Shown here piece after piece: positions 1 to 15,382 of a stretch of 64,000 bases of DNA (position 1 is the first letter of the stretch; the number at the start of each line of letters is the position of its first letter). The notes under the pieces were generated by a model, which saw only the letters and a list, made by a program, of their open reading frames with translations, searched no databases and was not told where the DNA came from. The stretch comes from Bigelowiella natans CCMP2755 (taxonomy: Eukaryota; Protista; Cercozoa): contig ADNK01002279.1 of NCBI GenBank assembly GCA_000320545.1, forward strand, positions 17,040-81,039, in the 5' to 3' direction. The translations under genes were made by a program, and so were the position numbers.

Positions 1-420
1 AACCGCACTTCAGCATTGAACTCTGAACACTGAAAGTTGAACTGAGCATTCCAGCATTGCCTAGATTGCTGGATGGGTGCAACACAAAATGTGCGAAAGA
101 ACCACATGGGAGACACACATTTGCACGCAGCAGAACCTGCAAACAAAAATCATTGCGAGGACTTGTCAGCACCCTCTAGTCCTCTAGCCCTGTCCAGCTG
201 TTGGTGGTGATTGTTGTCAAGGCTGGCTAGCTGGTCACCACGCGATGCGAAGTCTGCTTCCTCTTTTTTCACCACCACCCAAATCTTAGCAAGTTTGAAG
301 AACAGAAGAATCTCATCAAAACTAAAGTGCGCCCGCGGTGTGTCTAGGTGCCGCATCTAGCCCTTGAGGGAGGCGAGCAAGGTGGATTTGAGCCTCTCAG
401 TGACTTCCGACTCCATCATC
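1..420. other. TpA-depleted (hypermutated) island edge, probably the end of a repeat lying left of the window
   Basis: In 1-280 the only TA dinucleotides seen are inside CTAG (61, 176, 184, 227); CA/TG are abundant; normal TA content resumes after ~420. Confidence 0.6.
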
Positions 421-699
421 TATTCTGAGTCGCAAATTGAACCGAAAACACAACTGCGACATGAAATTAGAGTAGATTTTGCCCAAAAAAGGAGAAGTTC
501 CCCATTCCCATTTGAAACGCCACCCCCAAAGGAAGCCACCACTGTCTGTCCTCCAGTAGGCATTCCGAGGTCAGCGCATGCATTCGAGATTTGCACTGGG
601 AATCCTGTTAGCATGTTTTTGTTTCGCTTCGATGTATTTCTGCAAACACTCTCCCGTCGCCCCTGCCCCCTTTCAACCTTTCAACCAAGGATAGGGTTA

Positions 700-2018
700 A
701 ACTTTCCAGGTAACTTAACCGTGCGGTCCGATCAGAACACCAGCGTTCGAGTTCGGAAGCTCATTTGCTGCAATGAGTCGAGTAAGAATACTCATTAAAT
801 ATAAACAGTGTTGGTACTCTAAAGAACTATTCAGTCGAAACTCCAAAATGCACTAAAGAAGTATATCAGAGTTTCAGAGAACCATTTGTGGCACCATACA
901 TTGCATGCCAGGTTACATCTACGATACTAGGCGACGAGAAGAGCCAAACAGAGTTCAAGTGAGATGCTGCACTGATCTCAATGATATACTGTCGCATCAA
1001 CCATACTCATGCATATCGTAAACCGCACATCCAGGCTGAAGAAAGGAGAATTGTTTGCCAATACGAACGGTGTACTCGAAGGAAAAATCATCGAGTTCAA
1101 CTACATTCCTCGCTCAGGGTAAACAATACAAAATATACATTACGGTGGCTTCTCTATATTTGCTAGTCCTTGGTAATTTGGGTTATTGTGGTCACAGAAT
1201 ATGCAATCGATCTGCATAGAAGATGAAATATCCCTTCGTCTAATCTCGCAAAATATGATTATGCTGTGCTGATAATACACAGCAAACGTTCGAAATTCCA
1301 TACGCTTGTTCGCCGTGTCTTCACCCCGTATGGGAATAAAGTCATCACCCAAAAGCTCACAGATGTCTCTAAAATCGAATCCCTGGCCAGGATGGCGACG
1401 CTTGCAGGTGTCGTTTCACCATCGATCATATACTTTCAAATGTAAGAGTTTTACTGCATATACGTATGTTGAGGCCTGTCTTTACCAATAAAGCAAAAAA
1501 AGAGCGTAATTGACTACAGAGGCCGATAAGCATTTTGTCCGAATAATTAGGAGTAAAAGGCTTGGAGAACGTATCAGATAGCACCACGAGCGGCAACAAC
1601 CCGCCCCCACCGCCGTTTCGAACCAAGTACCTAACGAAAAGCACTCGTTCTCTCCTTTTTTCATCCGCCTTGAAACACTTTGAAACGGAATGCTGCGAAT
1701 GCCAAAATAAGAAATAATGTCAAATAATATGAGTCGCGGGCAAGGAAGGGGGTACTTCCGCGAGTCAGGGATGCATACTTCAGCATATACTGTCACGATT
1801 TAAATAAGTAAATTTCCCACAGTGCACAGATTGCTCATCTATATGAAGCGTTGCGTGACGGTAGGATTGCTGCAATGGCTCTATATTTGTCAATAATGCT
1901 GTTGTAGGCGAATGTCAAGCAACCCGCCACCACCTCCAAGAACCGCCAAAGATATTGTGCAAGAGCTGCCTTCGGTTCAACGGAGGTTAGAACAGTAGAT
2001 TAACCCTATTATAAATAA

Positions 2019-2065
<47 letters not shown>

Positions 2066-2347
2066 TATGATTATATTAATATACATATATCATAAACTCT
2101 AATGTAATATGGTAAAATGAATTGACGTGAATACTCGCGCGCGTGTGCATTATCCAAATATCTAATTAGCCGGTTTCGATATGCATTTTATGGTTTGCGT
2201 TCCTATTCCCTCCCTCACAGCAGCAGCTTAGAATCAACGGCTACGCAGCATACGGATACTCAGCAGGTAAATTGCTACAAATCATTTAAGACTACTGCTT
2301 TTATAGTATTTTATTATCATCCATGGTTTGTTTGGAGGTAGCTTAAT

Positions 2348-2388
<41 letters not shown>

Positions 2389-2532
2389 CATGCATTAACG
2401 CACACACATATTTACTGGACTGCTACACACACACGCACTTGTGTGTGTGTGTGTATATATATATACTACATAATTGTGTTAAATGGGCTTCATGTTTGTT
2501 TCTTACTCTGGTTTGTATAACGAGCATCTTTG

Positions 2533-2583
<51 letters not shown>

Positions 2584-2731
2584 TTACTTTGGTAAAATCT
2601 TCAATTGCAGCCATTTCTTCGAGACTCTTCGGACAATTTGCTACCTGGCGAGGGAAGAAGGAGGTTGGTACTAATGCTGCAAGAATTCAAACCCATGTGC
2701 ATTTGTCTTAGAAAACAGTAGAGAACGAGCG

Positions 2732-2772
<41 letters not shown>

Positions 2773-3383
2773 TTTACATGTCATCTCGCGTAATAGTAGC
2801 GATTGAAGCATTAGAGTCGCACTCGGTCATGTCCGCCACCAACGACGATTTTCCATAACATTATGAATTGGAACTGTATGCCAAGTTCGGTGCGAATGCC
2901 TCACGACGTAATAATCCTGATTGAATCTCAGCCGTCGATCGTCCAGCGTCCCCCCCCCCCCTCCCGAGGGTGACCGATCCAGGTTTGATTGATAGTCTCT
3001 AGTCTCTCCCATTCACCAGAAAGCGAGCATCACAGATACGATTGTTTGGTGGATTGTTTATCGCTTTGAAGAAATATCCAAAACTCTTCTAGTGTAGTAC
3101 GTGTCACGTGCGAGCGCTCTTTGAGTTCCTTCACTAGTGGCGTCAGTCTTTTGTGTTCCGTTTTATTCCGCCATTCATATCTTCAAAATATTTAGTGCAT
3201 TTTGTACTCTATGATCTTTTCCCCCGCCCCCACTGCTCCTGATGTGGTAGGAGCCCACCTGCGTCCAATCGACGTAACCACCACGCGACTCATAGAGGCG
3301 AAAACCAGCGTGATGTTAAGACGAATGCGGACCGTGACGAATGTAGTCATACTCCTCTTCCTCTCTCTCCGTCTCCATCTCTA

Positions 3384-3441
<58 letters not shown>

Positions 3442-3756
3442 TGGTCGATCTTTAAAAATAAATGCCACCGGCGCAAAGAATTCTCCTTCGAAGTAGCGTA
3501 CATCGCCCAAACTCCACACCTTTGCTACTTGCTGCCTTGCTTGTAAAGCATATGTGTTTCTTGATTGGCATTAACGTTTGCTGTGATGGTTGTTTTTCCT
3601 GGTCGGACTGCAGCTGTCACCCCCCCCCCTGTTCCGAAGTTGGTACGCATACGGGGGAATCGAAGCTCGGCTCAGAGCTCAGAGGCGCCGCCCTCTAGTA
3701 ATTGTGTGTGGAAGTATGCGTGTTATAAAAATGTTTATTTTTTCTGTATGCTTGTG

Positions 3757-3806
<50 letters not shown>

Positions 3807-4059
3807 GAGGGGATAGGAGGGGGACAGAGAGAAAGAGAGGTAGAGGAAGTGAGAAAAAAGAGAGAAGGATAATTCCGAGCTCAAGAATTGCGTTATTTGT
3901 CATCTCCCAACCTCTTTCTTCTTGTTCTTCGCGCATTTGCACGCTAAACCAAAGGGCCCCCACCTCGCCTACCGAGTTCTTCCACCTCCCCATCGTCGAG
4001 GAGACGTACACAGAGCTCCGTCGCCCCACCACCCAGTACTACCGAAGCTTACTCAATAT

Positions 4060-4100
<41 letters not shown>

Positions 4101-4291
4101 TTGTTTCACATCTCCTTTTTCTACCACTTTTTTTTCTGTCCAAAGGGCCGCCCCCCCCCCTGCCTGATCCCCCGCTAAGAAAGAGAACTCAGAGCTCCAT
4201 CGTACCACCGCCAAGTAACCTTAGGAGGCGACATATTAATGCAATACACAAACATAGATATGTTATATATCAAAAATATATGCATATTATA

Positions 4292-4340
<49 letters not shown>

Positions 4341-5640
4341 ATACTCATGTGCTTGTGTGCGTGTGTTGTTTTGCGCCCTTGTTGGTTGACTCTCGTGTGT
4401 GCTCAGGGATACCCTCATCAGTGTCTCATTCAACGGATGGCGACTCCGCACAGGTAGGTAGAGGGGGGAGGGGGGAGGGGAACAGAGGTACTGCCCCAGA
4501 ACTTTGGGGAAGCACATAATACTGAAGATTGATTGGGATCGTTCTCGGTGACCTTTGGGGCCATTTTTGAGGGAGACAAAACTATTTTTCAGGGTAAATG
4601 ATAGATTTCGGCCTTTGGGGATGTTGGTGATTGAGCACACGCATTGTTTATCATTCACTGAAAGTGAGATCGTATGCTCATCAGCTGAGAGACTCGGTGG
4701 CGAGCACATACATCCCTCCCCCCCCTCCCGCACGGCAGCAAGAGCTGCATCCTCAGACCGCCCTTAAGGTGAAGTAGTAATGTGAAGATGATCGTATCGA
4801 TTTGAGATGTGCCGAGAACATATCAGATGATATTTTGTTACAACCCTTAGATTCTCCCGCTCATAGTCGGTGAGAAGGACCATGCGTCTGCAAAACCGAG
4901 AAGGTAGGGAAAAGCGGGGGAGAGGGAAAGAGAGGGAGGGAGAGAGAGAGGAGAGGGAGAGGGCAAGAACGCTTTTCCAATTGTACTAGCAGCTGCGGAC
5001 AAGAAAGGGATAAAAACTACCTCTTCAACAGCTAACATATAGTTCCACAATCCCTCCTCCTTTAGTATCAAAAGCCATTTATGTTTCCAATAAGTCGTCT
5101 CTAAATCGCCCCCCCCCCCAACCCCCCATTGGATTCAGAGGGAAGAAGAAGAGCTTCCACAAAATCAGCGGGAGTGCTAATCTAATCCGCACAGAAGGGT
5201 GGTTAAAAGAGTAAAAATGACGAGGAGCCTATTCAGCAATAGCCCACAAATCTTCCCCGGTTTTTATTCTAAGCATTCGTTCCCCCGCCCCCTTCCAATA
5301 TCGAATATACTCGTTGTTTTCGTACTTTTTGGGTATTTTCTTGATTTTGCGCTGCAAGCTTTGGAGATCGAACGATTCTTCTTGTTGGCAGGGATTAGTG
5401 ACCTACGAACGACCAACACCAACGTGGAGGGAGGGGGGGAGAAAGCTCAGGAAGATGACGACGAGAATGAGATGTACAAACAGGTGAAGTCAGATCGAGA
5501 GCATAAACAAATTGATGCAAGCCATCTTAAGCCCCATTACAAGCATTGCAGCTCAAAAGCTTCTCCTCCTTGTTAATATTGTCTATGTTAAACTCACTGC
5601 ATTGCAGATGAAGGCCATTCTAGAGGCGGATGTAGCATCG

Positions 5641-5677
<37 letters not shown>

Positions 5678-7766
5678 TGGTATTTGTCGTGGTAGTTACC
5701 AATTCAACTTTGGATCTTCGCCGAGTGCATAAGACGATGGGAAAGAGAGTAAAAGGAGAGAGTGAGCGCGCGCGCGCGAGAGAGAGAAAGAGAGAGAGGG
5801 AGAGAGAGAGGAAGGGGTGGGTAGCAAGAGGCGTCAAAGGCAGCATTTCCTTTCGCCAAACCGCGAAATCACAGCCTCTCAGGCATACGACACACAAGCA
5901 CGATGCACACACGCGTAACCCTACTTTCTAACCTCTGCAGGGAGCTATCACAGCCGGAGAGAAGGACGTCATTTTGTCCAAACTGGCGAAATCGCAGGTT
6001 GTTGACTATGGCCTTCTGCTCGAGCCGCAAATGTGAAGATCGTTTTGTGCATTACCTTACTCTGTTTTGGGTCGTTGGTTAGGACGAGGGCATGCAGATG
6101 GAGATAGAAGACATTCCTAGCTACATGTACCTCCCCCGCTGCTTGATCACTGATAAAATCAAAGGTCCAGTACCCCCTGCCCACCGCTGATTGCCACAGC
6201 GCCGCCGTTAATCATATCACATCGTGCTGACGGCGAGAGTGAGTGTGTGTGAGCTAACCCGCCGGTGTAGGTGAGTGTTTGGCCATTTGTGGTTTGACTT
6301 GCGTGCACGCCTTCTTCGGCCACTTAGATGGGTACTTCTCCGAAATAATTGGGAGCGGCAGCTATGAGGACGCGGATGTGACCCCCAATGCAGCAGTGCT
6401 GATGATTGACAGTCTCTACAAGCAAGTACGGAATCAGCTCTATGTTCTTTCTTTGACCAGAAAATGCACGCGTGTAGAGACGCATAAACAATACAAATCG
6501 CTGTTTATTCACGCTGCTTATACACAGCATATGTACAAGCATCCTCCCCCCCGCCGCCCCCCTTTACAGACAAGGAGCACACTCTGGTAGTTTGTTGATA
6601 TGAGCAATATATTCTCTTTTTGCATGTGAAGGTGAAGGAATTGAGTCTTGAGATCTCGCAAATGAATGCCGAATTCCATTCCTTTCTCGTGAAGGTAGAA
6701 AAACATCACCGTCTAGAAACAGAACGTGTACTAACTAATGTCGTGAGACGGGGTGTGTGGAAGGAATATACACAACAGCTGCAGCCTTTGCGCTGCGCAA
6801 TTCGCAACTACGCTTTTAGATTTGACTTGACCGTTTCTTGCAGAACGAAGGTGCCTCTGAGGTAGCGACGGAGCATCTAAGCAACAGGTGCGAAGAATTC
6901 GCATTTAATGCGCCATTGATGGCAGTCCCACAGTGTTTCTTTTACAAAACAAAACAACTGTCGCAAAGATCCAACATCGGCCTTAATGCGTGCTACGTGC
7001 CCTTTGACGTGAGAAGATCTACCGCGTCATTCCCTTTCCGCAGCTTGTTCTCCAATCCTGTGGAACACGTGTGTGCATGCTGCCTCAGTGCATTGCTGGC
7101 CGAAATGTTCCTTACACTTTGCTCTTTTGTCCACAGAATATCCGTGTTAGCCGGGTACATGGAGGAGTGCGATGAAGTTCTTGTTAGCAAGACAAAGCCG
7201 TCCGTTTTAAGCAGATCGGGCAGCAGTATGAATAGTAACGAAGCTGCGTCGGCTTCGCCCCATTGTAAGTTTTCCTCTACCCGAGACTTGATATGCATTC
7301 TGACGTCGATATGTTTTATTTTGGCTAATAGTTGTGTTTTTATATCATCTTCGTAACTGAGAGCGTCGCATCTGTGTTTGGGGGATGCATCCAATGAACT
7401 GAACTAACGCCACATTGTTTCCTTTACCGCTCTCCAACGCAATTCTTCTTAGCGGGCTCATTGGGGAGAAACAATAACACGAGCACAAAAGCTACAACAG
7501 AGGAGTACGGTTGGATCAGCAAGCCGGCCAGGTCAGCAAAGCCAACTGTCAATGCTTCTCCTTCCAGGAAAGTGAAAGAGAGGTGAGTGGGGGGCGGTGT
7601 TTGGTAAACGATAAAATGGGATGGGGGAGGGGTGGGGTTGGGGTTAGAGAGGGGCATGGGATCTATCTTGATCGATACGAATAAACGACAAATACTTTAA
7701 GATCTAAGATGTGTATGGGAATATTGCTCGTATGATCCATCTCCAACTCACAAAAAAATCATATTT

Positions 7767-7814
<48 letters not shown>

Positions 7815-10649
7815 TTCATGAAAACTTCGCTTCATAAAGCGCTCACACACGCCGTATGTACCCAGATCGCCTACGAGTAAGCATGTACCGCCCCCTCTCT
7901 CATTAAGTCGTTCCGCGCCGCAAGTTTCCTCCCGCTCTCGCGGCGCAATTCATCGAAGGCGAAAGCGAGTCCCCAGCCTCCAAGAACACGGAGGTAATCA
8001 GGTCTCTTCCTCCTTGGTCGAGAGTCTTGTAAAGAGCCTGAATCAACCGATGGATGGTCGCGCCTCACCCGTTGGTACTAAAAGTACGATAATTCCTGCA
8101 TCGTGACGTCCTCCTCGGGACAGCTAGAGCAAGCTGCTGTTGTGTAGAGCGATGTGTGGTTGCTATGAAGACGTGTTGTTTTTTGGGGAAAGAAAGGCCT
8201 GTGCGTTAATTCTTTGTGTTCGTTGTGATCTGCGTGCGTAGCAGCGTCATGGAGAAATCCCAACGCAAAGACCCAAGCCCCTGGTAAAAGGACATGAAGC
8301 TATTCTAGATGATGGATGAATGTGTATACGACCGAGGTGGAGATGGTTGCGAGAGTGAGGGAGAAATTGGGAATATACCGAAATTCTGAGCGTGATTTAT
8401 TGCCTAGATGCGTCGCATCCTGTTCTTCGCTCGGCCCCAATGTTTGGAGCGATGGAGAGGGTATTGCGCTTACTTCCATGTGTTTCATCAACATCCACCG
8501 TGGCATCGAAGTCTAAAAAGCTGTGTGCGCCATGTTCTCCCTCGTTTTGCCGTGGTGACCTGCGATTAAGATCGAGCGTAGTGGCCCCCTTTTTTTATTT
8601 CAAAAATGAATTTGTGCATCTAAGAGAGGAATCTTCACAAGAAGAGAGAGTGCATTTGAGAAACGTGCGAATCCTGTTCTTCGCTATTTGGGTATTACAA
8701 GCGGAATCGATGGAAGCAGTCCCTATTACGATGATAGTGAGGAGAAGATATGTGCAGGAGCCTCAAGTGCAATGCCCATGCGTACATGTCTAAATTTGAT
8801 GATAAACTATCCGTTTCCAGGCTATCGAAAAGGGAAATCCAGAGGAGTGCAAAAGGTTGAGTTGTTTAGTAGTTCAGATATTATATATATATGTATTTTC
8901 AAATATATATTCTTAATTTTATATACTAGCGCATTTACCATGAAAATATGTTCATTGACAATCTCACTCTCCCAAACACTCGACAGCAGCGGAGATCTTC
9001 GCGCGAAATTACTGCTACCCATGGCTTCGGAAGGTAGGGCCAAACGATGAGAAAGTGGGCGGTCACTGGATTTCGTTTTACGCTATCTTTCCGGGAACAG
9101 AGGCCGCGTGCGACGAGCTCTTTCTTCTTGTTTGAAATGATGGCGTGAGTTGGCATTTTGATATCTGTCAAACAGGGCCGAGAAGGTTGAGACTACGGGA
9201 GAGGAAAATCGGTACTAACTTCATACATTTCGAATTAGATTTAGAATGGTCATCGTCTGGCGGTGGGTCCTCCTAGAAGTGGGGGGGGCGAGGGTGGGAG
9301 TAAGAAGGTTTTTCGTTGTTCGTTTTCTGATTCTTTAGAGGGATCTCTGTTTCGGTGTTTGTCTCCATAATTGTGATGGATATGCCTTTCTTTTTTCACC
9401 TTGCAAAGTCGGTTCTAACGTGACGAATAGCCTTGAGAGCATAAGGTAGCAACACGGATGCAGGGCTACCAGCAGTCACCATTGCAAAAACTATCATTGC
9501 CATTATTATTATTTTTTTATTATTATTATTATTATAAACATAAAAACTATGGATATGGTTCTTCGGAAACGACAGATACATCGCTAGCACAGAGCAGTTA
9601 TAGAGCGTGTCTTTGTCGCATGTGCTCAGTGATGACGGGGAAAAGGATGCAAAAGTACGGAAGAATGGCAAAAGCACGTCTATGGCTTCCGATGTAGGAA
9701 CGGTACGCTGTCGGCAAGTGCCGTATTATTAGTTCTAATTGTAAGTTTCTCCTGCAAATTGGGTGCAAGTTTATGCGTAGTCTTCTTCAAGTTAGCCCCT
9801 CGTAAATATCCATATTTTGCGAAGGAAAAATATGGAAAAAAGAAAAAGTAGCGATGTACGAGGTTTCTCGGTTATGTTCTTGTTTTCAAGACATCCAAAA
9901 CCAAAGGGAAAGCAGAGTTGTTTTCGCACATACTTGGCATATTTGCGGTGTTGCTGTTTCCTTGATTCCGTTTGTTTTGTTTTCTCACTCCTTCGCTTCT
10001 TTTTGCATTGGTCTCGGTGTCAGTTCTGCAACTTTCAGCCGATTTTGTCCAAAAAGAACATGAGTCCTGCTCGGGATGGGGTTTTGCTACGGTTAGGAAC
10101 GTCTGCTGCACATCATATCGTTCAATCTCTGAGCGCGTTGTATCGCTAAGATAAAAAATGAATAGATGAGTTCTTTTCTAGGTTTGTGGGTGGTTTTTTT
10201 TTTCTTTTTAAGAAAACAGAATAATACACGTGAATTGTATATGCTTGCATTCTGGGGTCGTACGACCCCATCACACACAAACCAAAGCTGCCAATGGTAT
10301 GGTTCTTATTGAGATGTACGGCTTGAAGGTCAATGACGAATAGCCCTGGTTTACTGGGATCGAAGAAAAGCGTTAGGGAGGACCTCATCAGACTATGGTT
10401 GTTGCGTGCGTAGTGAGCATAGCATTCTTACGAGAAACACACACACAAACCGTTCGAAGCTTTGGCGCAGAATGGAGGGAGATGGAATCGATTTCCCCGA
10501 GCAATCGGTTTGCTCAAGCGACGTTAAGACGCCTTTTGGATAGAAATCGTCTCTTTTTTATAGCCACGAATACTGAAGCTTTCGGATTTTTCTGTCCTAT
10601 TGATCGGTGTACTTACGAAGTTTAGATTATATATAATATTTATACATAT

Positions 10650-10697
<48 letters not shown>

Positions 10698-11592
10698 ATG
10701 TGTGTGTGTGTGTGTGTGTGTAATTATGAATGCCGTGATATAAACGTCGGTGTGCAATACCGAAGGATCTTCACGTACGACTGCGGAAAGAAGAGAATGA
10801 AGAATCGCGAACTAGAGCACTGGTCCCTAAATACTCTACTTTCATCAATGCCAAAGCACCAACGTGCAAACGCCAAACCGTTTCGCTATTCCTATATCTC
10901 TCCTCTCATTTCTGCCATCTTGTCGTTTCGCGAAGGCTGCAGCTTGTGCGCGAAAGCGTGGGGAAGCAGTACATAAACTTCATGGGCGGAGAGCTCAAAT
11001 GTAGGTGCTTTAGAGGAAGTATAATGATGAATGTTCGTGGTGATTTACGGTCTTCGTCTTCGTATCAACTAGGGAATCGTTCTTCACGAGAATGCCTCGT
11101 GTTTAAGTATCTCCCAATATAATGAATTCCTTGAGTTAGCTCTCTTTTTCTCGTCGCTCTTTTATTCCCCCTCTCTGTCTGACTTCCCCCTCCCCCTCCC
11201 TCCACACTATGCGTATTTGCCTCGGACGCGTCTTGACTCGAAGCACACAAGTCAATGATTCACCAGGTTTTCTCCCCCTCCTTTCCCTCCGCTCTGCTTT
11301 TGTGAGGCTCTGTTTTGTGGGGGTGGGAACGTCACGCTCCTTGACAGCTACGAGCCATGACATTCCTTGCTTCCAATTGTTTTTTACCTACTTAGGCTGA
11401 TGAGGTACAGCAATCTTCCTCAAGTATCCGTGTTTCCTCGATGAGGCAGCGGAGGGTTGGGCGCCACAGGCGCAGCACGAACTCCCTGTCGCTCTCCCCC
11501 GTTTCTTCTTCACGCTTGAATTCGACTACGCGCCCCTCGATGGTACGCATGGTTGCATCTGATCATTGAAAGGGCTTGTAAGAGAGAGGGAA

Positions 11593-11628
<36 letters not shown>

Positions 11629-11804
11629 GATGATGTGATTCTGGACCAGTACTGCCATGTTTCTCTGGCCCTGTCTTAATGCTATGCGTTTAGTGAAAAA
11701 TATGTGTCGAACACATCTAAGGTTGTCATCAATCTGCAAAACGCATGCTCAGATGCAGAATCGCAGGTTTGATATCCTGATAGATGTCTATCAATATTAT
11801 ATAA

Positions 11805-11839
<35 letters not shown>

Positions 11840-11988
11840 GTGTGTGTGTGTGTGTGTGTGTTATTTCTCCTTTGTGCTGTCTGAGTTTTCCCCGAAAAGC
11901 AAATAATACGAATTTCACAAACACTACAAATGGTAGATCAAGGCGATTCTATGCTCCTCCTCCTCTCCCAAATTCAGCTTGGTCAAAA

Positions 11989-12037
<49 letters not shown>

Positions 12038-12738
12038 TGTCATCAAACGCACATAAATTATTCGTCATCTCATAAAGCTAAATTGGAGAGTACCAAAATG
12101 TTGTAACTCGAGAATGCGTATCCGCTAGATGCCTTTTGTGTGCGTACTGTGCGTCTGTGTTTGTGTTTCAATGAACATGTTAACGAATGGGTGGGTTTAA
12201 GGTCAAATCCACGTCGGCCAAGAACGTTACTACACTGCTATTCACCCAATCGAGCAGCGATTTTCGAGTAAGCAAATCACGAACCAATCGCTGTGCTGCA
12301 AACCGTGTTAAGTCCCAATTTCATAGAACGGCCATTATTCCAGCATTTCACTACCATTGCTGCCTTATTCGGAGAGATTCCTCGTAGTTTCTCGATGAGG
12401 AGTTTGGGCATTGAATTGGGCCAATAGCACTCCGTTTTATTCTATGCTCTGCTCTCCGAAAACAGGTTTCTGATATTCGAACGAGCTCCGTCAATATCAA
12501 GGGTAAAAACGCGCGTGTAGATCGCTGCAAGCCGCTCAAGCGTTCCGTTGCGAAAATGATTTTCCTTTTTGCTTCAATGGACACCCCCGCCCTCCGACTG
12601 ATATCCTCTCCAGGGAGCGAAGCCTCATTTGAATTCGCATCTAAAATTGTAGGGAAAGTAGACACCTTAGCACTGAGTGCACGGGTGAATGACACATATG
12701 TTTGCGTGGCAAATGTGCTATTCGGCGCTAAGGTATTC

Positions 12739-12798
<60 letters not shown>

Positions 12799-12812
12799 GT
12801 CTCTCTCTCTCT

Positions 12813-12843
<31 letters not shown>

Positions 12844-13404
12844 CCTCTCTCTTTCTCGCTACATCGATGTACGCATATGCATCCTCCCGCAAATGCGTTG
12901 GATCATTAGTTTCCATTTTTCCCCGAAAGGCGTCGATGAAAGAGGCGTACAGCCTGCTCGTCGATAACATCAAATTTAGCCAATCGAGCGACAAGGCTGG
13001 GTTGTATAACTTCAACCCAACAGGTATTTGCCACCCCTGCGAGTGCTAGGAAGACATGACGAGGGCTGCATATCTCTGTTCTCTTTCGATTCTTTTCTCT
13101 ATTTTTCTCGCCGTCTTTCTCATTCCCTGCTTTGCTCTGCGTCGTTGACTCCCTTCCCCCCCCTTGCCTATGCAAAAAAGAACCGTTCTTTGCCTTCAGT
13201 TCCTCAGTTTATGTTTGTCTGCATTATTGTACCTCAATCCACCTCTCTCCCCCTCCCTCGTGTTTGACGTATAATCCCAGAAACACTCTTCAAACGGCCC
13301 ACACTGATTCGAGAGCACCCAATCGTGTTCGTTGCCGGCGATTTGAACAGCAAGGTAGAAACAATTTGCACTATTTTTTCCAAGATATAATAATAAGAAT
13401 ATGG

Positions 13405-13458
<54 letters not shown>

Positions 13459-13986
13459 CGCGCGCGTGTACAGCATATGATGCATGGATGGGTATGAATA
13501 TCAATGAGAGTCGATAGTGGCGCTAGTAGGTCTTTGTATCAATTCTCACTTGCTTGTGCCTTAATAACTTTGCTAGATCATGGAGGAAAAGGTGTTTGTC
13601 TCTGCTGATGAGTCGGCCGGAATGACGGTTGATTAACCATATATAGATGCGTCGGAAAAGATGCGGAGATTTTCTCCCAATGAATTGAACTTGTGCCGCG
13701 CTGAATTGGACTTGTGCCGCGCACACGATCGCGTTGGTTTTGAGTCGGACAAGCGCCCGTTTATCTCTGATGTTGGTTGTGTTCTTTCCCCCTGCCAATT
13801 TCTTTCATACTTTGCCTCTCCGCCCCCCACCCCTCCCCGTTCCCCAAGGAGAAAAAGGCTAGAGTATCGAAGATCTGGAAAGTGGCCATAGGTATTAGCA
13901 TCAGTAGATGTAGGATAACGACGCAAAGGGGGAAAGCTGTTTTTCGAGAGTATGAATAGGCTAACCACGCCAAAAAAATCATTCTT

Positions 13987-14024
<38 letters not shown>

Positions 14025-15382
14025 ATGTCCAAAGACAATTTTTTGGTTACATTCCTTGCGAGCGCAGCATATGCGTGGATTGCTCTGTTTCGTGAGGCGA
14101 TGTGTTTCTATGTATGCGTTTTGTGTTGTCATCAGGCGGAGGGACTTTCCAAGATGACTTGCAGCAGTTTGACGAGCTACACATTTATCAGGAAAATAGC
14201 TCCGCATTTCTTGAGTAATATTTCACCAGAAAACACCGATAAATATTGGCCAAATCAGCATAGAGGGGGGGAGACAGAGTAAAGTTAAATGATAATGTAT
14301 TTGTATGTGAGTGGATGATGCGCTAGTGGTTCTATTTGCTACGAGAGTGCGTACAGTGTAGCAAATGCAGCATAACCTACAAATGCCAAAAACAAACAAA
14401 ATTTTGCCACGTCAGAACTCACTAATATTTGTATGGCCATTTATTTCTCTTCGCGATAATTGATGGTCGCATCTTGGTTTCATTGCCTGATAACCATCTA
14501 AAATTTGTGTTTCCCAGTTTCGTCGAGCCGAAGATATCCTTTGGGCCGACAGCGCATTTCAAGGCGAAGTCAAACGTTCTCAATCCGAAGCTGTGAGTTA
14601 GCCCCCCCTCCCCCCCCCATCCTTTTCTTTTGGAAAGATAGACGAGTTGTCTGAGAAGCTGGCTGTTTTAGCTCGGTTTTCTCGTTGTGCTCATTCGGTT
14701 CAGATTGTTTTTCGCATTGATGAGACTACAATATTTGGGCAGAGAGGATTTTGGTTTTCCTCTTCACTGCGAACATTTTACGCGCGATGAAAATGTTTGT
14801 TGAAGTCGATATGTGTGCGCGTGCCTGTGTACGTCATTTATATATATTATCTGCCAATTACCGCCAACGTTCAGCTGTTGTGATAGAATTATATTTGAGC
14901 TTTGTGTTGCTTGTGATTTCCCATTGTCGGTATGTGAAAAACGCTTGTTTGATCATATAAGAAATGGCCACTGTTTTCGTTGGTAGGGTTCCATGCTGGC
15001 GGCACCGAATCGTCCATTCTTCTATGGATAGAAGGGCGGTTTCCAATCTGAAGTATGAATACGTGTCGTTATGTTTGGTTATGTGTGTGAGAAAGAGAAA
15101 GAGAGAGAGAATGATGGCCGTTTTGTTTGTGAGTGTTTGTTTATATGTGCCTTTGTGCGCGTGCGCGTGTTGATCGGTTTGCTTATCTAAATCGTTAAAG
15201 TTAGTGGGAGAAGCATTATTCGTAGTTCCAAGTGGCTGTTTCACCGTTTCAAATGGCTGCATATTTTGACCGAACAGTTACGCTATCGGAAGGCTCACAA
15301 CTTCGACCAGCAGGCCGATCTCCTCCTGCTACTTGATAAATACCACTACCCCCAACGTCAGAGGCAGCCAACGAAGAAGTAA
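700..15382 (+). CDS. One or more uncharacterised multi-exon protein-coding genes (boundaries and gene number uncertain)
   Basis: Chain of short AG..GT-bounded open exons on + strand, e.g. ~1035-1118 (LKKGELFANTNGVLEGKIIEFNYIPRS), ~1283-1408, ~5391-5482, ~5941-5997 (GAITAGEKDVILSKLAKSQ), ~6630-6694, ~14518-14592, and a terminal exon ~15278-15382 (LRYRKAHNFDQQADLLLLLDKYHYPQRQRQPTKK*). Introns carry microsatellites. No family recognised. Confidence 0.5.
2025..2058. repeat. (TA)n microsatellite, representative of dozens of intronic (TA)n, (CA)n, (GA)n, (GTA)n and (CAT)n tracts across the window
   Basis: Directly visible. Similar tracts at ~2355, 2536, 3390, 4064, 5641, 7771, 10653, 12741, 18350 and many more. 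Confidence 0.95.
13681..13722 (+). repeat. 21-bp tandem duplication inside an exon (ELNLCRA/ELDLCRA)
   Basis: tgaattgaacttgtgccgcgc / tgaattggacttgtgccgcgc. Confidence 0.85.

Noticed and set aside
1140-1644. Minus-strand gene suggested by ORFs 1140-1352 and 1426-1644
   Set aside because: Splice signals and open exons fit the plus strand better.
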